The notes beneath the pieces were generated by a model that was not told the origin of the DNA, did no database searches, and saw only the letters and a program-made list of their open reading frames with translations. From the human T2T-CHM13v2.0 reference genome, Homo sapiens, in assembly GCF_009914755.1 (NCBI RefSeq), contig NC_060938.1: a stretch of DNA of 64,000 nt. One strand, written 5' to 3'. Of the stretch, positions 57,901 to 64,000 are shown in pieces. Positions within the stretch are counted from its first letter, which is position 1; the number at the start of each line of letters is the position of its first letter. The position numbers were made by a program, and so were the translations under genes.

Positions 57901-60900
57901 AGATACCAGAAGCAGTTCTCAGGAATCCTTTGTGATGGACAAACATACAGAACTCAGCAGCAGTGTTTTCGAATCCTATGTTAGTGACAAACACTCAGAA
58001 ACCTGCAGCAGTGTTCTGTATCCTATGTGAGGAAAAAACACTCAGAACCCAGAAGCAGTGCTCTGTAATCCTTTGTGAGAGACAAACAAACAGAACACAG
58101 CAGCAGTGTTCTGGAATCCTATGTGGGGCTCAAAAACTCGGAACCCAGCAGTAGTGTTATGGAATCCTTTGTGAGGGAAAAACATTCAGAATCTCGCAGC
58201 AGTGTTCTGGAATGCTATGTGAGGGACAAACATTCTTAAACCAGGAGCAGTGTTCTGCATTCCCATGTGAGAGACAAACACTCAGAAACCAGCAGGTGTG
58301 TTCTGGAATCCTATGTGAGTGACAAACACTCAGAACAAAGCAGCAGTGTTCTAGAATCCTTAGTGAGGGGAAACATTCAGACACTCAAAGCAGTGTTCTG
58401 CAATCCTACGTGAGGGACAAACACAGAGAATCCAGCAGCAGTGTTCTGGAATCCTTTGTGAGGGACAAACATTCAGAACATCATAGGAGTGTTCTGGAAT
58501 CATATGTGAGGGACAAATACTGTGAAGCCAACGGCATTGTTCTGGAATCTGATGTGAGGGATAAACACTCAGAACCCAGCAGCAGTGTTCTGGAATCCTA
58601 TGTGAGTGACAAACACTCAGAACCCAGCAGCAGTGTCCTTCAATCCCATGTGAGGCACAAACACTCAAAACCCAGCCACAGTGTACTGGAATACTATCTG
58701 AGGGACAAACATTCACACCCTCGTAGAAGTGTTCGGGAGTCCTATGTGAGGGACAAACTCTAAGAAACCAGCAGCAGTGCTCTGGAATCCTTTGGGAGGG
58801 AAAAACACTCAGAACCTCCTATCAGTGTTCTGTGATTCGATGTTAGGGAAAAACATTCAAACCCTCGTAGTAGTGTCCTGGAATCCTACATGAGGGACAA
58901 ACCCTCAGAACCCAGCAGCAGTGTTCTGGAATCCCACGTGAGGGAAAAACATTCAGACCCTCGTAGCATTGTTCTGGAATCCAAAATGAGGGACAAACAC
59001 TCAGAACCCAAAAGCTGTATTCTGGAATCTCATGTGAGGGACACAGACTCAGATCCCAGCAGCAGTGTTCTGGAATCCTATTTGAGGGACAACCCCTCGG
59101 AACACAGTAACTGTGAACTGGAGTCGAATCTGAGGGACAAACATTCAGACATTCGTAGAAGTGTTCTGGAATCCTATGTGAGGGACAAACACAGGAAACC
59201 AGCAGCAGTGCTCTAGAATCCTTTGTGAGGGACAAACATACAGATCCCAGCAGCAGTGTTCCAGAATAATTGTGAGGGAAAAACATTCAAACACTCGTAG
59301 CAGTGTTCTGGAATCCTATGTGAGGGACAAACACTCAGAACCCAGCAGCAGTGTTCTGGAATCCTATGTGAGCAACAAACATTCAAAACTTTGTAGCAAT
59401 GTTCTGATATTCTATGTGAGGGCAAACACTCAGAACACAGCAGCAGTGCTCTGGAATCGTAAGTGAGGGACAAACACTCAGAACCCAGCAGCCGTGTGCT
59501 GGAATCCTATGTGAGGGACAAACTCTCAGAATCCATCAGCAGTGTTCTGGTATCCTACGTGAGTGACAAACACTCCGAACACAACAGCAGTGTTCCAGTA
59601 TCTTTGTGAGGGGCAAACACTCAGAACCCAGCAGCAGTGTTCTAGAGTCCTTTGTGAGGGACAAACATGCAGAACCTCTCAGCAGTGTTCTCAAATCATA
59701 AGTTTGGGACAAACAATGTGAACACAGCAGCAGTGTTTTGGAATAACCTGTGAGGCACAAACACTCAGAACCCATCAGCAGTGTTCTGGAATCCTATGTG
59801 AGTGACAAACACTCAGAACCCAGCAGCAGTGTTCGACAATCCTTTGTGAGGGACAAACCTTGAGACCCTCGAATCAGTGTTCTGGAATCCTATGTGTGGG
59901 ACAAACCCTCAGAACCCAGTAGAAATTTTCTAGAATCCTTTGTGTCAGACAAACATTCAGACCGTTGCAGCAGTGTTTTGGTATCCTATGTGAGGGACAA
60001 ACACTCAGAATGCAGGAGCAGTGTTCTAGAATCCTATGTGAGTGAAAAACACTCAGAACCGCGGAGCAGTGTTCTAGAGTCCTATGTGAGTGAAAAACAC
60101 TCAGAACCCCGCAGTAGGGTTCTAGAATCCTATGTGAGGGAAAAACACTCAGAACCCCGCAGTAGGGTTCTGGAATCCTATGAGAGGAACAAATACTCGG
60201 AATGCAGCAGCAGTGTTCTGGAATCCTATATGAGGGAAAAACACTCAGAACCCAGCCACTCTGTTCTGGAATCCTATGTGAGGTACAAACATTCAGACAC
60301 GGGAAAAAGTGTTCTGGAAACCTGTATGAGGGACAAACACTCAGAAAACAGCAGCAGTGCTCTCGAATCATTTGTGAGGGACAAACAAACAGTACACAGC
60401 AGCAGTAGTCTGGAATCCTATGTGAGGGAAAACCTCTCAGGACCCAGAAGTAGTGTTATGAAATCTCTTGTGAGGGACAAACATTCAGAACCTTGTAGCA
60501 GTGTTCTGGAATCCTTTCTGAAGAGAAACATTCAGACCCTCATAGCAGTGTTCTGGAATTCTATGTTAGGGACAAACACTCACCCCCAGCAGCAGTGTTC
60601 TGGAATCCTATGTGAGGGACAAACACTCAGAACCCAGCAGCAGTGTTCTAGAATCCTTTTTGAAGGACAAACATTCAGAACCTCGTAGCAGTGTTCTGGA
60701 ATCTTATGTGAGGGACAAACACTCTGAACCCAACAGCAGTGTTTTCAAATCCCATGTGAGGGACAAACACTCTGAACCCAGTAGCAGTGTTCTGTAATCC
60801 TATGTGAGGAACAAACACTCTGAACCCAGCAGCAGTGTTTTCAAATCCCATGTGAGGGACAAACACTCAGAACCCAGCAGCAGTGTTCTGTAATCCTATG

Positions 60901-63900
60901 TGAGTGAAAATCATTCAGAACGCAGAAGCAGTGTTCTAGAATCCTTTGTGTGGGACAAACTTTCAGACCCTCGATGCAGTGTTTTGGAATCGTATGTGAG
61001 GGATAAACACTCAGAACCCAGAAGCTGGGCTCTGGAATCCTATTTGAGGGACAAACAGTCAGAACCTGGCAGCAGTGTTCTGGAATTCTATGTGAGGGAC
61101 AACCCTCATAACCCAGCCACTGTATTCTGGAATCCTATCTGAGGGACAAACATTCAGACACTTGTAGAAGTGTTCTGGAATACTATGTGAGGGTCAAACA
61201 CTCAGAACAAAGCAGCAGTGGTCTGGAATCCTCTGTGAGGGACAAACCCTCAGAACACAGCAACAGTGTTCGGGTGTCCTAAGTGAGGGACAAACACTCA
61301 GTACCCACGAGGAGTGTTCTGCAATCCAATGTGAGGGACAACCACTCAGAACCCAGCAGCAGTGTTCTGTAATCCTATGTGGAGGACAAACACAGGGAAC
61401 CCTGCAGCAGTGTTCTGGAATCCTATGTGAGGGACAAGCGTTCAGAACCTCATAGCACTGCACTGGAATTCTATGTGAGGGACAAAAATTCAGACCCTCC
61501 TAGCAGTGTTCTGGAATCCTATGTGAGGTACAAATCCTCAGAATGGAGCAGCAGTGTTCTGGAATTCGATGTGAAGGATAAGCCTCAGAACCTAGAGGCG
61601 GAGTTCTGGAATACAAAGTGAGGGACAAACACTCAGAACACAGCAACAGTGTTCTGGAATGTTAGGTGAGGAACAAACACTCCGAACATATCAGCTGTGT
61701 TCTGGAATTCTATATGAGGGACAAACCCTCAGAACCCAGCAGCATTGTTCTAGAATTCTATATGAGGGACAAACACTCAGAACCCAGCAGCAGTGTTCTG
61801 GAATCCTATCTGAGGGACAAACACTCAGAATGCAGCAGCAGTGTTCTGAAATCCTATGTGAGGAAAAACACTGAGAACCCAGTAGAAGTTTTCTGGAATC
61901 CTATGGGAGAGCTCAGCTTTCAGACACTCATAGGAGTGACAGAATCCTATGTGAGGGACAACGATTCAGACCCTCATTGCAGTATTCTGGAATCCTATCT
62001 GAGGGACAAACATTCAGACCTTCGTAGCAGTTTTGTGGAATCCTATGTGAGGGACAAACACTCAGAATGCAGCAGCAATCTTCTGGAATCCTATGTGAGG
62101 GACAAACACTCAGAACACAGCAGCAGTGTTCCGGAATACTTTGTGAGGGACAAACATTCAGACAATCTTAACAGTGTTCTGAAATCCTATGTGAGGGACA
62201 AACAGTCAGAACCCAGCAGCAGTGTTTTGGAATCCTATGTGAGGAACAAACCCTCAGAACCGAGCAGCAGTGTTCTGGAATCTAATGTGAGGGACAAACA
62301 CTTAGAACCCAGTGGCAGTGTTCTGTAATCGTTTGTGAGGGACAAACATTCAGACCTTCATAGCAGTGTTCTCGAATCCTATGTGAGAGACAAACACTAA
62401 GAATGCTGCAGCAGTGTTCTGGAATCCCATGTTAGTGACAAACACTCAGAGCCCAGTAGCAGTGTTCTAGAATCCTTTGTGAGAGTCAAATACTGATACC
62501 CTCAGAGCAGTGCTCTGGAATCCTATGAGACGGACAAACACTCAGAACCCTGCAGTAGTGTTCTGCATTCCAATGTGAGGGACAAGCATTCAGACCCTCA
62601 TAGCACTGTTCTAGAATTCTCTGTGAGGGACAAACATTCAGACCCTCGTCGCATTGTTCTGGAATACTATGTGAGGTACAAACCCTCAGAAATCAGCAGC
62701 AGTATTCTGTTATTCCTTGTGAGGGACAAACAATCAGATCAAGCAGCATTGTTCTGAAATGCTTTGTGATAGACAAACTTTGAGACCATCGTAGCAGTTT
62801 TATGGAATCTTTTGTGAGGCACAAAAACTCATTACCCAGCAGCAGTGTCCTGGAATCCTACGTGAGAGACAAACACTCAGAAACCAGCCACTGTGCAGTG
62901 GAATCCTATCTGAGGGACAAATGTTCAGAAATTTGCAGAAGAGTTCTGGAATCCTATGTGCAGGACAAACACTGAAAAACCAGCATCAGTGTTCCGGAAT
63001 CACTTTTGAGAGACAAACAAACAGAAACCAGCAACAGTGTTCTGGAAGCCTTTGTGAGGGAAAAACATTCTGACCCTCATAGCAGTGTTCTGGAATCCTA
63101 TGTGCCGGACAATCACTCAGAAGTTAGCAGCACTGTTGTGGTATCCTATGTGAAGGACAAAGATTCAGAACCCAAAATAAGTGTTCTGGAATCCTAAGTG
63201 AGGGACAAACTCTAACAACCCAGCAGCAGTTGTCTGTAATTTTTTGTGAGGGACAAATATTCAGACTCTCGAACCAGTGTTCTGGAATCCTATGTGAGGG
63301 ACAAACCTTCAGAGCCTCGTAGCACTGTTTTGGAATCCTATGTGAGGGACAAACACTCAGAACCCAGCAGCAATTTTTCTGGAATCCTATGTCAGCGACA
63401 AACACTCAGAACAAAGCAGCAGTGTTCTGGAATCCTTTGTGAGGAAGAAACATTCAGAACCTCATAGGAGTGTTCTGGAATCATATGTGAGGGACAAATA
63501 CTGTGAAGCCAATGACATTGTTCTGGAATCTGATGTGAGGGACAAACACTCAGAACCCAGCAGCAGTGTTCTAGAATCCTATGTGAGTGACAAACACTCA
63601 AAAACCAGCAGCAGTGTTCTGGAATCATTTGTGAGGGACAAACATTCAGACCCTAGAAGCTGTGTTCTGGAATCCAATGTGAGGGACAAACACTCTTATC
63701 ACAACAGGAGTGTTCTGCAATTCTTTCTGACAGACAAACATTCACATCCTCGTAACATCTCTCGGGAATCCTATGTGAGTGAGGAACACTCAGAACCCAG
63801 CAGCAGTGTTCTGGAATCCTATGTGAGGGACAAACACTCAGAACCCAGCAACAGTGTTCTTGAGTCCTATGTGAGGAACAAACACTCACAATGCAGCCAC

Positions 63901-64000
63901 TGAGTACTGGAGTCCTATCTGAGGGTCAAACATTCACACCCTCATAGAAGTGTTCTGGAATCCTTTGTGAGGGACAAACTCTAAGAAACCAGCAGCAGTG
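27983..64000 (+). repeat. CER (D22Z3-type) 48-bp pericentromeric satellite array, about 750 diverged monomers, running off the window end
   Basis: Consensus GAACCCAGCAGCAGTGTTCTGGAATCCTATGTGAGGGACAAACACTCA (48 bp), with a second monomer class ...CCTTTGTGAGGGACAAACATTCAGACCCTCGTAGC. Head-to-tail with no spacers. Strand denotes the orientation as written here. Confidence 0.93.

Noticed and set aside
28091-63903. Numerous repetitive ORFs (RDKHSEPSSSVLESYV and similar) as real genes
   Set aside because: They follow from a 48-bp stop-poor repeat. They occur in several frames and on both strands, are broken randomly by stops and indels, and mostly start at GTG or TTG.
27983-64000. CRISPR-like array
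   Set aside because: The units are head-to-tail diverged monomers with no unique spacers, there are no cas genes, and the context is primate.
27983-64000. Alpha satellite, beta satellite or HSat2/3 identity; steroid-receptor or STAT sites in the monomer
   Set aside because: The period is 48 bp, not 171, 68 or 5 bp. The AGAAC/TGTTCT spacing is not the 3-bp spacing of a glucocorticoid response element, and TTC-GAA has a 2-bp rather than 3-bp spacer.

Overview
Primate (very likely human or great-ape) pericentromeric or acrocentric-type DNA in two sharply different parts. (1) 1-27.9 kb is a repeat-dense segment. It carries a decayed, minus-strand, ZNF91-subfamily KRAB zinc-finger gene: KRAB-A exon 19429-19555, short KRAB-B exon 18839-18913, and a spacer plus about 23-24 C2H2 fingers from 4237 down to about 1950, with stops and frameshifts. 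A BNIP3 processed pseudogene lies in its upstream intron, among many Alu, L1 and LTR insertions. (2) 27.9-64 kb is an uninterrupted array of the 48-bp CER (D22Z3-type) satellite. The two parts meet at a truncated L1PA 3' end followed by a short inverted satellite segment that forms a fold-back junction. No first exon or CpG-island promoter of the ZNF gene is visible, so it looks like a 5'-truncated duplicate. No intact protein-coding gene and no CRISPR or prokaryotic system is supported, and the many satellite ORFs are artefacts of a 16-codon repeat. The most interesting signals are structural: the junction, the splice-phase lesions of the ZNF, higher-order periodicity in both the finger array and the satellite, a templated insertion and a tight inverted Alu pair. 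I found no well-supported novel biological system. All family assignments are from recognition, not database searches.
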